A DNA stretch of 64,000 nucleotides from the human T2T-CHM13v2.0 reference genome, Homo sapiens, in the NCBI RefSeq assembly GCF_009914755.1, contig NC_060925.1; one strand, given 5' to 3'. Shown piece after piece: positions 25,601 through 39,439 of the stretch (its first letter is position 1; each line of letters starts with the position of its first letter). The translations under genes and the position numbers were made by a program. The notes beneath the pieces are model-generated. The model saw only the letters and a program-made list of their open reading frames with translations. It searched no databases and was not told the DNA's origin.

Positions 25601-28600
25601 AAAAAGATATTTTATGCAAATAGAAACCAAAAGCAGGCAGGAGTAGCTATTCTTATACCAGATAAAACAGACTTTACAGCAACAACAGTAATAGAAGACA
25701 AATAAGGACATTATATAATAATAAAACGATTAGTCCAACAGGAAGATATTACAGTCCTAAATTTATATGCACCTAACACTGGAGCTCCCAGATTTATAAA
25801 ACAATTAACTACTAGGCCTAAGAAATGAGATAGACAGCAACACAATACTAGTGAGGAACTTCAATACTCCACTGACAGCACTAGACAGATTATCAAGACA
25901 GAAAGTCAACAAAGAAACAGTAGACTTAAACTATACCGTAGAAAAAAATGGACTTAACAGATATTCACAGAACATTTTTTCCCAACAACTGCAGAATATA
26001 CATTCTTCTCATAAGCACATGGAGCGTTCTCTAAGATAGACCATATGAGAGGCTGCCAAAAAAAACAAGTTTCAATACATTTAAGAAAATCAAAACCATT
26101 AAGTATCTTCTCAGATGACAGTGAAATACAACTGGAAATCAACTCCAAAAGAAACCCACAAAACTATACAAATAAATGAAAATTAAATAATCCACTCTTG
26201 AATGATTTAGGAGTTAACAATGAAATCAAGTTGAAAATGTAAAAGTTCTTTGAAATGAATAATAGTGATACAATGTATCAAAACCTCTGGAATACAGCAA
26301 AAGTGGTACTAAGATGAAAGAGCATAGCATTAAATGCATATATCAAAAAGTCTGAAAGAGCATAAATAGACAATCTAAGGTCACACCTCAAGGAACTAGA
26401 GAAATAAGAACAAACCAAACCCAAACCCAGCAGAAGAAAAGAAATAACAAAGAACAGAGCAGAACTGAATAAAATTGAAATAACAACAAAAAAAAATACA
26501 AAAGAAAAATGAAACAAAAAGCTGGTTCTTTGAAAAGATAAACAGAATGGATAGAACATTAGTGAGATTGACCAAGAAAAGAAGAGAGAAGATCCAAATA
26601 ATCTCAATTAGAAATGAAATGGGAGAGATACTACAACCAATACCACAGAAATACAAAAGATCACTCAAGGCTACTACTATTCATCTCCTGGAATTCAACT
26701 CATTCCAGGAGATGAATAAGTTCCTGAAAATATACAACCCTCCTCGATTAAATCAAGGAGAAATAGAAACCCTGAACAGACCAATAACAAGCAGCGAGAA
26801 TGACGTGGTAATAAAAAAATTGCCAACAAAAAACGTACCGGACCAGATGGATTAACAACTGAATTCGATCAGACATTCAAAGAATTGATACCAATCCTAC
26901 TGAAACTATCCCAAAAGATAAAGAGGAAATCCTCTGTAAATCATTTTATGAAGCTAGTATCACTCTAATACCAAAACCAGGAAAGGCCATAACAAAGAAA
27001 GAAGACTACAGACCAATTTCCCTGGAGAACATAGATGTAAAACTCCTCAGCAAAATACTAGCTAACTGAATCCAACAGCATTTCAAAAAGATAATGCATC
27101 ATGATCAAATTAGTTTCATACCAGGGATGCAGGGATGGCTTACCATACCCAAGTCAATAAACATGATACATCACGTAAACAGAATTTAAAACAAAAACCA
27201 TATGATCATCCCAATAGATGCCAAAAAAGCATTTGAAAAAAATCCAGCATTCCTTTAGGATAAAAGCCCTCAACAAAATAGGCATAATAAGGACTTAATT
27301 CAAATTAATAAATGCCATATATGACAAACCCACAGCCAACATTATACTGAACGGGAAAAAGTTGAAAGCATTCCCCCTGAGAACTGGAATAAGACAAGGA
27401 TGCCCACTTTCACCACTTCTATTCAACATAGTACTGGAAGGCCTGGCCAGAGCAATCAGACAAGAGGAAGAAATAAAGGGCATCCAAATTGGAAAAGAGG
27501 AAGTCAAACCATCACTGTTCCCCCATGATATGATCATATACCTAGAAAACCCTAGGCTCATCCAAAAAGCTTCTAGATCTGATAAATGAATTCAGTAAAG
27601 TCTCAGGATACAAAATCAATGTATACAAATAAGTAGCACTGCTATGCACCAACAATAACCAAGCTAGAATAAAATTAAAAGCTCAATCCCTTTTATGACA
27701 ACTGCAGGAAAAAAAAAAGGAATATACTTTACCAAGGGGGTAGAAAGAGCTTTACAAGGAAAACTACAAAACACTGCTGAAAGAAATCAAAGGTGACACA
27801 AACAAATGGAAACACATCCATGCTCATGGATGCATAGAATAAATATTGTGAAAACAACTACTGCCTAAAGCAATCTGCAGATTCAATACAATTCCTATCA
27901 AAATACCACCATCTTTCTTCACAGAACTAGAAAAACAATCCTAAAATTCTTATGGAACCATAAAAGAGCCCACATAACCAAAGTAATACTAAGCAAAAAG
28001 AACAAATCTGGTGGCATCACATTACACAAATTCAAATTATACTACAAGGCTATTGTTACCAAAATGGCATGGTACTGGTATAAAAATGGCATGTAGTCCA
28101 ATGGAACAAAACAGAAAACCCAGAAATAAAGCCAGATACAGCCAACTGATCTTCAACAAAGCATACAAAAACATAAATCAGGGAAAGGACACCCTATTCA
28201 ATAAATGGTGCTGGGAAAACTGGCAAGCCATATGTAGAAGAATGAAACTAGATCTTCATCTCTCACCTTATAAAAAATCAACTCAAATTGAATAAAAAAC
28301 TGAAATCTAAAACCTGAAGCCATAAAAATCCTAGAAGATAACGTTGGAAAAACTCTTCTGGACATTGGCTTAGGCAAAGAATTCATGACTAAGACCTCAA
28401 AAGCAAGTGCAACAAAACCAAAAATAAATAAATGGGACCTAACTAAACTGAAAGGCTTCTGCATAGCAAAAGAAATAATCAGCAGGGTAAACAGACAACC
28501 CACAGAGTGTGAGAAAATATTCACAAACTGTGTATCCAAGAAAGGACTAATATCCAGAATCTACAAGGAACTCAAACCAATCAGCAAAATAAATAAATAA

Positions 28601-29481
28601 ATAAAATAAAATAATAAAAATAATAATCCCATCAAAAAGTGGGCAGAGGGCATGAATAGACAATTCTCAAATGAAGATATACAAACAGCCAACAAACATG
28701 AAAAAATGCTCAACATCACTAATTATCAGGGAAATGCAAATTAAAACCACAATGAGATACCACCTTACTCCTACGAGAATGGCAATAGTTACAAAGTGAA
28801 AAAAACAACAATGTTTGCATGGATGTGGTGAAAAGGGAACAGTTCTACAATGCTGGTGGAAATGTAAACTAGTACAACCACTGTGGAAAACAGTATGGTG
28901 ATTCCTTAAAGGACTAAAAGTAGGACTACCATTTGTTCCAGCAGTCCCACTACTGGACAGCTACCCAAAGGAAAATAAGTCATTATAGGCAATGACATGC
29001 ACATGCATGTTTATAGCAGCACAATTCTTTATTGCAAAGATATAGAGCCAACCTAAGTACCCATCAACCAAAGAGTGGATAAAGAAAATTGGGTAGATAT
29101 ACATAGAATACTACTCAGCCATAACTAGGAATGAAATAATGTCTTTCTCAGTAACTTGGATAGAGCTAGAGGCCATTATTCTAAGTGAAGTAACTCAAGA
29201 ATGGAAAAACAAGTATCACATCGTCTTACTATAAATGGGAGCTAAACTATGAGAAATGCAAAGGCTTAAGAATGATGTAATGGACTTTGGAGGCTTGGGT
29301 TGGAGGGAAATTTGGGAGGAGAGTGACAGATAAAAGACCACATATTGGGTATAGTGTACACTGCTCAGATGACAGGTACAGTAACATCTCAGAAATCACC
29401 ACTAAAGAATTTATCCATGTAACCAAAAACCACCTGTACCCCAAATATTATCAAAATTAATATGAACAAAAACTTAAAAAA
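22606..29481 (+). mobile_element. Near-full-length (~6.9 kb) LINE-1, L1PB-like, inactive
   Basis: 5' UTR ~22606-24376. ORF1 remnant from ATG 24377. ORF2 remnant from ATG 25424 (endonuclease ttaaatgtaaatggcctaaat; [20 protein letters not shown]; [15 protein letters not shown]) with many stops and frameshifts. L1PB-type 3' UTR. 15-bp TSD TAAAACAAGT(A/T)CATA at 22591-22605 and 29482-29496. Confidence 0.93.
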
Positions 29482-32252
29482 TAAAACAAGTTCATAAAGT
29501 AATACTTCTTCACGTTCCTTCTAAGCAGCAGAATTATTCAGTTCACTCATTTCCATGTGTTTTGACAATCTAAAAGACATTAGAATGATTTTAAAAATCA
29601 TGAAATATCTTGCATTTGTGCCAAGAACAATACAATTAATTGAAATCAAACATATCATCTAAAATCTTAACCTGGGAGAAAAAAATGTTGGTAGCAGAGA
29701 ATACTACACGAAACAGAGGACATAGAAATTTCTGAAAGAAGTTGATTATCTTGAAAGATTTTTTGCCACCATCAAGGTCAAAAGAGCAGCAGAACTCTAA
29801 AAGACATGTTCTGTTGTGGAGGGAGGTAATAATGGATTGAAAAGAGAGGGTAGGAGAAGACAATTACATAAATACCGGTGACATTTAAAATGTGACAGGA
29901 TGAGAAAGTTAAAAAAAAAAAAAAGAAGTTCACCCTGTAAGCAAGGTCACCCAAGATAAATTACAAAACAAGATGCCACTAATTAGATTGAAACTCCAAC
30001 ATTGCTCATTATGGTATTCAAAGTATCCAGCATATCCAGATAATATCATGATCTGCCTTATAATGTGCCAAGGGTCAAATTTGGCCAGGATTCTATTAAA
30101 TAATTTAAATACATCTAGTTTTAAATGACCTCTAAATTCTTTCCTGCCAGATTAACATTTTAAAAATAATTAAATATATAGAACAAACTAAATGTTAGTT
30201 GCTTGTATATACTTTTCACTTTGAATTTTAGAATACATAATGATCTTTACTGTTAACACTGCACTTTATTCACTGACAACATTACTTAAAGAAAGAGATT
30301 ATGATTGGATAAAAAGTTTCACATTGAAAATACTCTTCCAATAAATCAGGAGAAGCCAGACAATATTGATCCTTTGGTTTGTGTAGCTCTTATAAGTGCA
30401 TATAATGCTTCCCTATAATTTAATTTGAGAAGCTTTACCCATAATTCATGCACAAAACACTAGAGAATTAACTTCCTCCAGGATTTGGAGCTTTAGAAAG
30501 AAGTTCCTGATTACTTGCCTGTGTTTCTTTCACACTTTCAGCGTAACTTCAGAGTTAGTTTTAATTGAGACTTTCAATTTTACTATTATTGAACTCAACA
30601 GTATTCCTTTTGGCTTTGGTTTTGCATTTCTGATGTGATGTATAGTAAGCCATTTCCAAAGGATGGATAATTTATTTATCATATTCATGGAGAGTAAACA
30701 GATCCTTCCAAAGCTCTGCCATCTTGAACTAGTGGTATTCCATGCAATTTCAACACCAAGCTATTGAGTGTCTGCTATGAACCTGATGTTATATTAAGAG
30801 CTGGAGATTCAAAGATAAACAAAACAAAATTTGTGTTTTTAAGGGAATAAGTCATAATAGAGTCATAGGAGACTTGCCATCAAGGCCATCAAGGTCAATG
30901 TGGATATCAGATTAATTCATGTACATAAAAATCAGTTACTCACTTAATTTTTTTCCTCTGATTCCTAGCAGAGCATCTAGGAGCAACAGACACAAATAAA
31001 ATATTTGAGCTACCTGTGAAGCAGGGTTTAGGGAAAGCACAAATAGGTAAACAGTCACAAAACCACAGAGAACTGTCACAATAGAAATTATACCAAGAGG
31101 TTATGGAATCTTTACCAAGAATATGGGGAAAAGTGAAGTTATAATTATCTGCAGTTGTAGCTTCATTCAACTTGGCATATTCAGAAAACTGCTTGCTTAT
31201 CTACACTGCCTTTTTGAATTCCATCTTGTCTAAATAATGAGAATATTTTTCTTCAATTTTATGTTTATTGTATAGTCAATCCAAGTTGCTTTATTTTTCT
31301 AGTTTTCAAGGAGCAACATTTTATCACATGATTTATTTTTAAAAATCATCTTCCGTGGGAGCCGTTTGCTGTGGTGGTCCGATGTACTCTGAATTTTAAA
31401 GTGCACCTACAGAGTGACTTTTCTTTACTTCTATAGGGGGTTTCAGAGTTGCCACTTGTTGTCGACTACATTTTATTGTAATTTATTAGTTTGGGAGTAC
31501 TATGCTATGTGCATAATAAACAGAATTTATGTACACTATAATCTACTACAAAACCACATGAAGCAAATACTGAAGTTTGATTTTTGTATACAGAATTCTG
31601 TGTTTGTTTGTTTCTAGGTTTATTTTTCCATCCAGATCCCTAGGCAGACAAAAGCTTTCTTTGTTAGTTTTCTGGGTCAGAGATTGGAATGCTTCTAGTC
31701 CCACCTTAATAGACTAGGCATTCCATCAAGGGTCTTGACACAGAGGTCTTAATTTCTCCTTCATACCTCTTGAGGATCAAATGCTGTATCTGCCGAATCC
31801 CTGAGGATATTAATTTGATATTAACTCATAGGAACTATACCCATACTTACCACCTGCCACCTCGTTAACTCACCGATTTGGTTTGTTTGTTTGTTTTGAA
31901 GCCTCAATTATTCGTTTTGGGAGACATAGCAAATACTTTAAATATTTTTGGTATGTTTTATCTAACACTCTTGCCCTAATGTTGAAAGTCATTAGATTCT
32001 TCCATGCTACAAAAAAAAAAAAAGCATGATTTATTCGTGACTTTGAGTATAGTTTGTATGGAATCTGTATGGAGTGGGAGAAAAGAAGGTCAGTAAGGAA
32101 AAATGTTGACAGTGCATTAGCCTTCCTAACGTTACATGGAAATGGAATGTTTATAACTAGACTTTATGTCAATGATGAACTTAAGGAATACATTTTTGCC
32201 AGAAAATTTTAGAATGAACCTTTCTTTTTAAACTGGGAGAGATTTCTGATAC

Positions 32253-32647
32253 TGTATTAGTTCATTTTGCACTACTATAAAGAAATACCTGAGGCTGAGT
32301 AATTTATAAAGAAAAGGGAGTTATTTGGCTCATCGTTCTGCAGGCTGTACAGGAAGCATGGCACCAGCATCTACTTCTGGGGAGAGCCTCACGAAGTTTT
32401 CAATCATAATGGAAAGCAAAGAGGGAGCAAGAAAGGAAGAGGGGAGGAAGTCCCAGACTCTTTTTAACAACTACATCTTACATGAACTCATAGAAGAGAA
32501 CTCACTCATTACCATGGAGAGGGCACCAAGCTGCTCATAAGGGACGCACCCTCATGACCTGATCACCTCCCACTAGGCCCCACCTCCAACATTGGGGATC
32601 ACATTTCAACATAAGATTTTGAGGGGACAAACCTCCAAACTATGTCA
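32253..32647 (-). mobile_element. MaLR solo LTR (MSTB-like)
   Basis: TG...CA termini (tgtattag...tatgtca); caggctgtacaggaagcatggcaccagcatct; 5-bp TSD GATAC/GATCC. Confidence 0.9.
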
Positions 32648-32674
32648 GATCCCACTCACAAAAGACTAATTGCA

Positions 32675-32987
<313 letters not shown>

Positions 32988-32995
32988 CTAATTGC

Positions 32996-35900
32996 CATGC
33001 TGATTGCCCTACCACTATAACAACAGGAAATTCAGACAGAATATATGAAACATTGGTTTCAGATGTAAGACAACACAAAGCAAGGACTTTGATCCATGAG
33101 AAAAGAGAAATGAGTAAAGTAAGTTCTACAATTGCATGGACTTACTGCCTAGAGGCAGCAGTTATCACAGTTATCAGGCTGCAACAATGTGAGGGGGACC
33201 CTTTCAAAGCCTAGTATTCTCACTGAGCTGAAGAGACAGAGATTGTATTTGAAGAGGCCATGGCAGCTAGAATGTGCGAAGCAGAGTAGAGAGAGGATTG
33301 TTACAGATATCTACAGAGAGGTCCCAATGAGTCTTTGCCTTAGATCCACAAATATGTGTGAAGAAACTACTCCAGGTCATAAAGACTTATGAGAAAAGTG
33401 TAAACAGAACAATTTCCAGTTGTCAGACAGTTGGGAATAGTTTAGTTTTTCATCTGAGGGGAAAGACCTCCTAACATGGGGGTACTGAGAAGAGTTTTCC
33501 AATAGATACTGACTCAGTAAAAGGCCTAAGCTAGCTTCACAATAAAGACCACTCTGGACCCATAGTAATAAAGCTTAAAGCAAGCTTTTAAAAGGTAAAT
33601 CTCATTTGTAAGGAATTTAACTGCATCCCAGAATAAAATGCCAAGACTATTTAAAGCAATACAATGAAATCTGGCATCCAAGAATATTTGGCATCCCATC
33701 AAAACTTACTAGACATGCAAAAAAGCAGGATAATATGTCCCATTGTCAAATTTTAAAAATCAATAGAAACAGGCCCAGAAATAACAGAGATGATACAGTT
33801 TGCAGACAAGGACCATAAAACAGCTATTACAAAAATTTGGAGATGATATAATGAGAAAATACATGGAAGACACACACACACACATACACACAAACCCAGA
33901 TCGAATTTCAGGAGGAGAAGTATAACATCTGAAATTTAAAAATATACTGGATATGGTTAATCAACGATCACGAGAAACTGAAAAGCAGCCAAAGGTAAAA
34001 GACACTATTTATAAGGAACAAAGTTATGAATTACAGCAGATTTCTTGTCAGAATCTATGCAGTCCAGAAGACTGTAGAATGACAATATTAAAGCACTGTA
34101 AGAAAAAAACCATTAACCTGTAAAAAAAAAAATGCAAAAAATAATTTTTCAAAATAACAGAAATGCAGAGAATCTATTGCCAGCAAATTTGCACTACAAG
34201 AGACAGTAAAGGATGTTCTTCAGGTATAAAGAGAAATGATGCATATGCAAATACACATCTACAGAAAGGAATGCAGAGTGCCAGAAATGGTAATTGTGTG
34301 GGTAAATATGAAAGACAGTCTTTTTCACTTATTAATCTTTAAAGGTAACAGTTTCAAACAATTTTCAAAAAATAATACTGTATTCTACAATTTACAAGAT
34401 ATTTAGATATATATAAGACAGAAATACCAAGGACAGAGTGGAAAACTGGATGTATATCACTATCAGGTTTTTACACTGTATATGAAGTGATATATTTTTA
34501 AAGGAAGATCATGATAAGTTTATGATATGTATTTTAAACCTGAGAGCAAACACCAAATAAAATTTTAAAGAGCGATATAATATAAGCCATAGTGATGACA
34601 AAGTATAATCATGAGAATCATTCAAGTAATCCAAAAGAGGCAGAAGATAGGAAAAAATAAATAAATAATAAATGGTACAAATACAAAACAAATATAAGTA
34701 TAGTGAATTTATTCCAATGCATATCAATGATTATATGAAATGTGAAAGACCTAAACAATGCAATTGAAAGGCAAAGATCATCAGGTTGGACAAAAATGGA
34801 AAACTCAGTGAAATTCTGTATACAAAAAACCTTCTTTAAATATAATGGCACAGATTGCTTGAATGTAAAAGGGCAATCGTATACCATGCAAACACAATCA
34901 AAATAAGAGTGATGTTGGCTATAATTACATTAGAAATATTTTTAAAATAAGGAATATTACCTTGGATAAAGAGGAAAATTTCATAGTGATAAACAGGGCA
35001 ATTTATCAATGAGGGTAAAATCAAAAGTGTGAACAGCCTTAATAAAAGAACTTCAAGCTTTATAAAGCAAAAATTGATAGAGCTCAAAGGAGAAATAGAA
35101 AATTTTACAATTCTACTTGGAAATTTCAACACTGCTCTCAACTGATAGAACATGTAGACAAAAAAATTAAAAATGATATGAATGACTTGAACATTATCAA
35201 TCAAATGGATGTCATTATTTATAGAACACAAAAGAATATATATACTTTTTTCAATGCACACAAAATATGCATCATAAAACAAGCCTTAATATATTTAAAA
35301 GGATTTAAATCATGCATAATATGTTCTTACATAATCTAATTAAATTAGAAATTAATAACAGAATGACATTTGAAAAGATCTCCAAATGATAGGAAAGTAA
35401 ACAACACACTTCCAAATAACCCATAAGTCAAAGGAGAAATGTTAAAAGAACATATGTATTTTGATCTGGCAGAAGAAGAAAGGTTAAATATCAGTATCTC
35501 CTTAAGACAAAAGAAAAAGAAAAGATTAAACCTAAAATAAGCAGAAGCAGGGAAATCAAAATGTTAAGCCCCTAGGAGAGAGAGTGAAAGTGACTATTTA
35601 ATGAATAGTTTCCTTTTGGGGTGATGAAAATATTTCAGAACTAAATAAAGGTGAGCTTGCACAACACTAATGTACTAAATGCCACTGAATTGCACACTCT
35701 AACATGGTTAGGTTTATATGCTAAGTAAATTTTACCTCAATAAAACAAAATGATAAGAATATAAAGAAGTGATATAGAAACTGATTTAAAAATTGAGAAA
35801 ACCAATGAAACCCAAAGTTAGACACAAATTATTAATATCAGAAATAAAAGAGGGAATATAGTCACATACCCAACAGATATTAAAAGAATGGTAAAATCAT

Positions 35901-37062
35901 ATTTTGAACAACTTAATGCAAGTAAATTTTAAAACTTAAATTAGACAAATTTCTTGATAGATATAAATCATCAAAGCTCACCTGAAAATGAAGAGATGAG
36001 CTGAAGAGTCCTCTATCTGCTAAGTAATTGAATTCATAGCTTATAACTTTCCCTTAAAGAAAATTCCATGCCCAGATGGCTGCACTGTTGAGCTAAACCA
36101 AACACTTAATGAAAAAATAATAATAATTCTACACAAAATAGTTCAGAAACTAAAAGGGGAGAAAAATTTCCCAAATCATTCGATGAGATTTAGGTTAGCT
36201 CCGATACTAAAATTGTAACAGCACTAAAGAAAACTACACACCAATATTTCTCATAAATGTAGACACCACAATTCTTAACAAGGTATCCGAAAATTGAATG
36301 CAGCAATAGATTTTTTAAAATAATACACTATGATTAAGTTGAATTGATCCTAGGAGTACAAGGTTACATTCACATTCAAAAGTCAAGTGACATTCTGTTT
36401 AGGTAAAAATTTTTTAGAAAACAAAAAGCATAAATGATGAAAAATAAAACTGATAGACATTCTCAAATTAAAAACTTTTTTGTAGACACTGTCAGGAAAA
36501 TGAAAAGGCAAGCCACAAACTGGAGAAAAGGTTTGCAAAACATGTATCGGGGACTTTTATCCAGAATATTTTTTTAAAAAATCCAAATTTTTACAAGTCA
36601 GTAATAAGAGAAACAATACAAAATGCACAAAATAGTTGAATATACTCTTCTCCAAAGAAGATCTATGAATTGCCAATAAGCACATGAAAAGATTCTCATG
36701 ATCTTCGGTCATAAGAAAAATAAAAATTAAAACCAAAAGGAGATACCACTACACACAAACCAGAATGGCTGAAATTAAAAGGATTGACAATACCACTATG
36801 TGAAGTGAAAAAATTCATTTATGTAAAATTCTTGAAAAGGCGAAACTATAGTAAAAACATATCAGAGATGGCCAGGGATTAGGATTGAGAGGAGAGGCAG
36901 CTGCAAAGAGCACAAAATAACTTTTAGGGTGAGGAACTGTTCTCAGTCTTGATGTAGTGGTGGTTGCATGACTACGTAATTGTCAACATTCACTGAATTA
37001 TAGTTATGAAATGGGTGAATTGTGATGAATGTAAACCACATTTTAATAAAGCTAATTTGAAA
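32996..37062 (+). mobile_element. Ancient, internally deleted L1M (L1ME-like): 5' region, ORF1/ORF2 remnants and 3' end
   Basis: A-rich L1 ORF remnants (acagcagatttcttgtcagaatctatgc; ggaaatttcaacactgctctc; agataccactacacacaaaccagaatggct) and an L1ME-like 3' end (...gggtgaattgtgatgaatgtaaaccacattttaataaagct). Confidence 0.75.
35569..35745 (+). mobile_element. Short L1MB-like 3' end nested in the older L1
   Basis: ttttggggtgatgaaaatatttcagaact...aatgccactgaattgcacact...ttttacctcaataaaa; flanked by TSD CAAAATG(T/A)TAAG at 35557-35568 and 35746-35757. Confidence 0.8.
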
Positions 37063-37446
37063 ACATATGAAAGATGCACCTTGAAAGGGAAAGAATCTTC
37101 ACATAAAACAATAGTTGTGGGTGTCAGGAAAGCAACTTCATAATCCTATAAAAATCTTGAAATCAAAACACCCAAGGACTTTTAGTTCACCTTATAATTG
37201 CACATTAAGAATTAATTTTGAGACCCCACAACAATCCCTAAGAACAGTATTCCCTTATTTTTATACAAAATTATCCTTTGCCCAAAATATGTGTATGAGC
37301 ACCCATGTCTTATCTATAATTATTGATAAGAAATATTGGTTACATTTTTCTAGTAGAAGGTTTTTAAAAGATACCAATTACAAGTCTTATCAATTCTAAT
37401 TTGCTTAGAAATTCAAATGATTTTTAACAGTTTGTCAACAAGCGTG

Positions 37447-37520
37447 TCATATATATATTTACATATATATTTACATATATATTTACATATACACACACAC
37501 ACACATATATATATCTATAT

Positions 37521-37555
<35 letters not shown>
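37447..37555. repeat. Compound (TA)n/(CA)n microsatellite
   Basis: Read directly from the sequence. Confidence 0.9.
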
Positions 37556-37557
<2 letters not shown>

Positions 37558-37739
37558 TAAGGTAAAGCAGAAAAGCAGAGCATTTCTCCCTAACATCTGT
37601 TTTACAAGTTGGGATTTTTGCCTAATGGGTTGTATCCAACTTGGACGTTTATCAAATCTAAGAAAACTTAGCTCTTTTTCAAAAATATATTTTAAGTATT
37701 AGATTTTGGAGAAAACAGAATTAAATACTAAATGAATGT

Positions 37740-37917
37740 TATATATTATATATATGTATTCATAAGATGTGTGCTATTTATATCTAGATATATATTATAT
37801 ATCTAGATATATATTCATAAGATTACATATGTACATATTCATAAGATAGATATCTAATGGATATATATCTGGAAATAGATGATAGATAGATAGATGATAG
37901 ATAGATAAATAGATATC
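37740..37917. repeat. AT-rich low-complexity / (TAGA)n compound repeat
   Basis: TATTCATAAGAT three times, TATATCTAGATATA palindromes and a (GATA)n run. Confidence 0.9.
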
Positions 37918-38419
37918 TTAAAATTAGTCCCTAAATTAGAACTGGAGTTACAAAAAGTAATTTGTATATTTTAAATACATTATTTACAATTAATGTTTAA
38001 ATGGTGTTACTAAAAAACACATAAATCTGAAATACACTCCATATTTAAAGTAGGTTGATTATAAAATAACAAAACTGAAGAATAAGTAGTTTAAGTGCTG
38101 CTCTTGAACATGAGAAAAACAACTTTGTAGATGACATCTGTGGATATTCTGCAAGAGATCTTTAGGTGTTCTCAGCAGCTTTAAGTGTCAATAATGGCTC
38201 CATATGAAAAAATTCACAAGTTATGCCTTTGTATGTCCTCAAGCATGCTCCTATAGTTTTTAATATAGTTATACAATAATCCAGGTAAAACTCCCCACTC
38301 CACCAACTAATATGCGCAAATACAATTAAGAGAAAGAGAGAGGAGATAGATGCCATGGAGAACATGTATATATAAGACAGATTATTTGAGATGAGATTAT
38401 AAACTATGCTGGAAAGTGT

Positions 38420-38514
38420 GGAGAAGGAAAGAAAGAGAAAGAGGAAGGAAGGAAGAAGAGGAAGGAAGGAAGGAAGAAGGAAGGAAAGAAGGAAGGAAGG
38501 GAGGGAGGGAGGGA
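38420..38514. repeat. 95-nt pure polypurine (GGAA/GGGA)n tract
   Basis: Read directly; no pyrimidine between 38420 and 38514. Confidence 0.95.
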
Positions 38515-39059
38515 CTGAACATTAATGCAATCTCCCAAAAAGATTTAGGAAATTCTGTACTCAAGATAAAAACAAACAAGCAAATAAGAAACTTGCATAG
38601 AATATTTTGTCAAAAAAGGATTGTCCAATACTTGTAGGAGAAAGTTGAGATAGAAAAGAAAGTTCTGTAGGGAATTTATGATAGTCACGCCATTTGAGTT
38701 TGGCCCTGTACTTCTGTCTAATAACAAGGGGGCTAAAGCCCAGCTGTGGGGTTCAAATCCCAGCTTGGTCATTTCATGCTATGAGACATTAAGGATATAA
38801 TTTATCCTTTTTCTATCTTGGTTTCCTCAACTCTACAAAAGACTAATTAAGTACCTATTCCAGAAACTCTAGGAGCATGGTCCAGGCATTTGTTTTGTGT
38901 TTGTGTGCATGTGTGTGTTTGTGTGTGTGTGTCTGTGTGCGTTTTCTGTATTTTTTTCTTTAAGAAAAAGATCTCCAGGTAAATCTAATGAAAGACTAGG
39001 TTTGGGAGCCTGTGGATGAGATAAAAGTCTAAGATTCTATAATTATATTTTGTGGTTGT

Positions 39060-39439
39060 TGTATTCGACTGTTCTTGCATTGCTATGAAGAACTACCTGA
39101 GACTGGGTAATTTATAAAGAAAAGAGGTTAACTGAGTCACAGTTCTACAGGCTGTACAGGAAGCATGGCTGGGGAGGCCTCAGGAAACTTACAATAATGG
39201 CAGAAGGCAAGGGGAAGTAGGCACGTCTTACATGACCAGAAGGAGGGAGAGAGAGAAGTGGGAGGTGCTATACACTTTTAAACAACCAAATCTCATGAGA
39301 ACTCTCTCACCATCACAAGAACTGCAAGGGGGAAATCTGCCCCCATGATCCAGTCACCTCCCACCAGGCCTCTCCTCCAACACTGAGGATTACATTTCGA
39401 CATGAGACTTGGGCAGGGACACAAATCCAAACTAAAGCA
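39060..39439 (-). mobile_element. MaLR solo LTR (MSTA-like)
   Basis: TG...CA termini; ggaagcatggctggggaggcctcaggaaacttacaat; perfect TSD GTTGT at 39055-39059 and 39440-39444. Confidence 0.92.

Noticed and set aside
24377-29250. L1 ORF1/ORF2 fragments (24595-25026, 27362-27589, 28011-28295, 28385-28600) as functional genes
   Set aside because: Multiple stops, frameshifts and deletions; a dead retrotransposon.
34836-35282. 148-aa hydrophobic ORF on the - strand
   Set aside because: Antisense translation of A-rich L1 ORF2 remnant.
38397-38637. Charged / Pro-Ser-Phe-rich ORFs
   Set aside because: Translations of the GGAA microsatellite.
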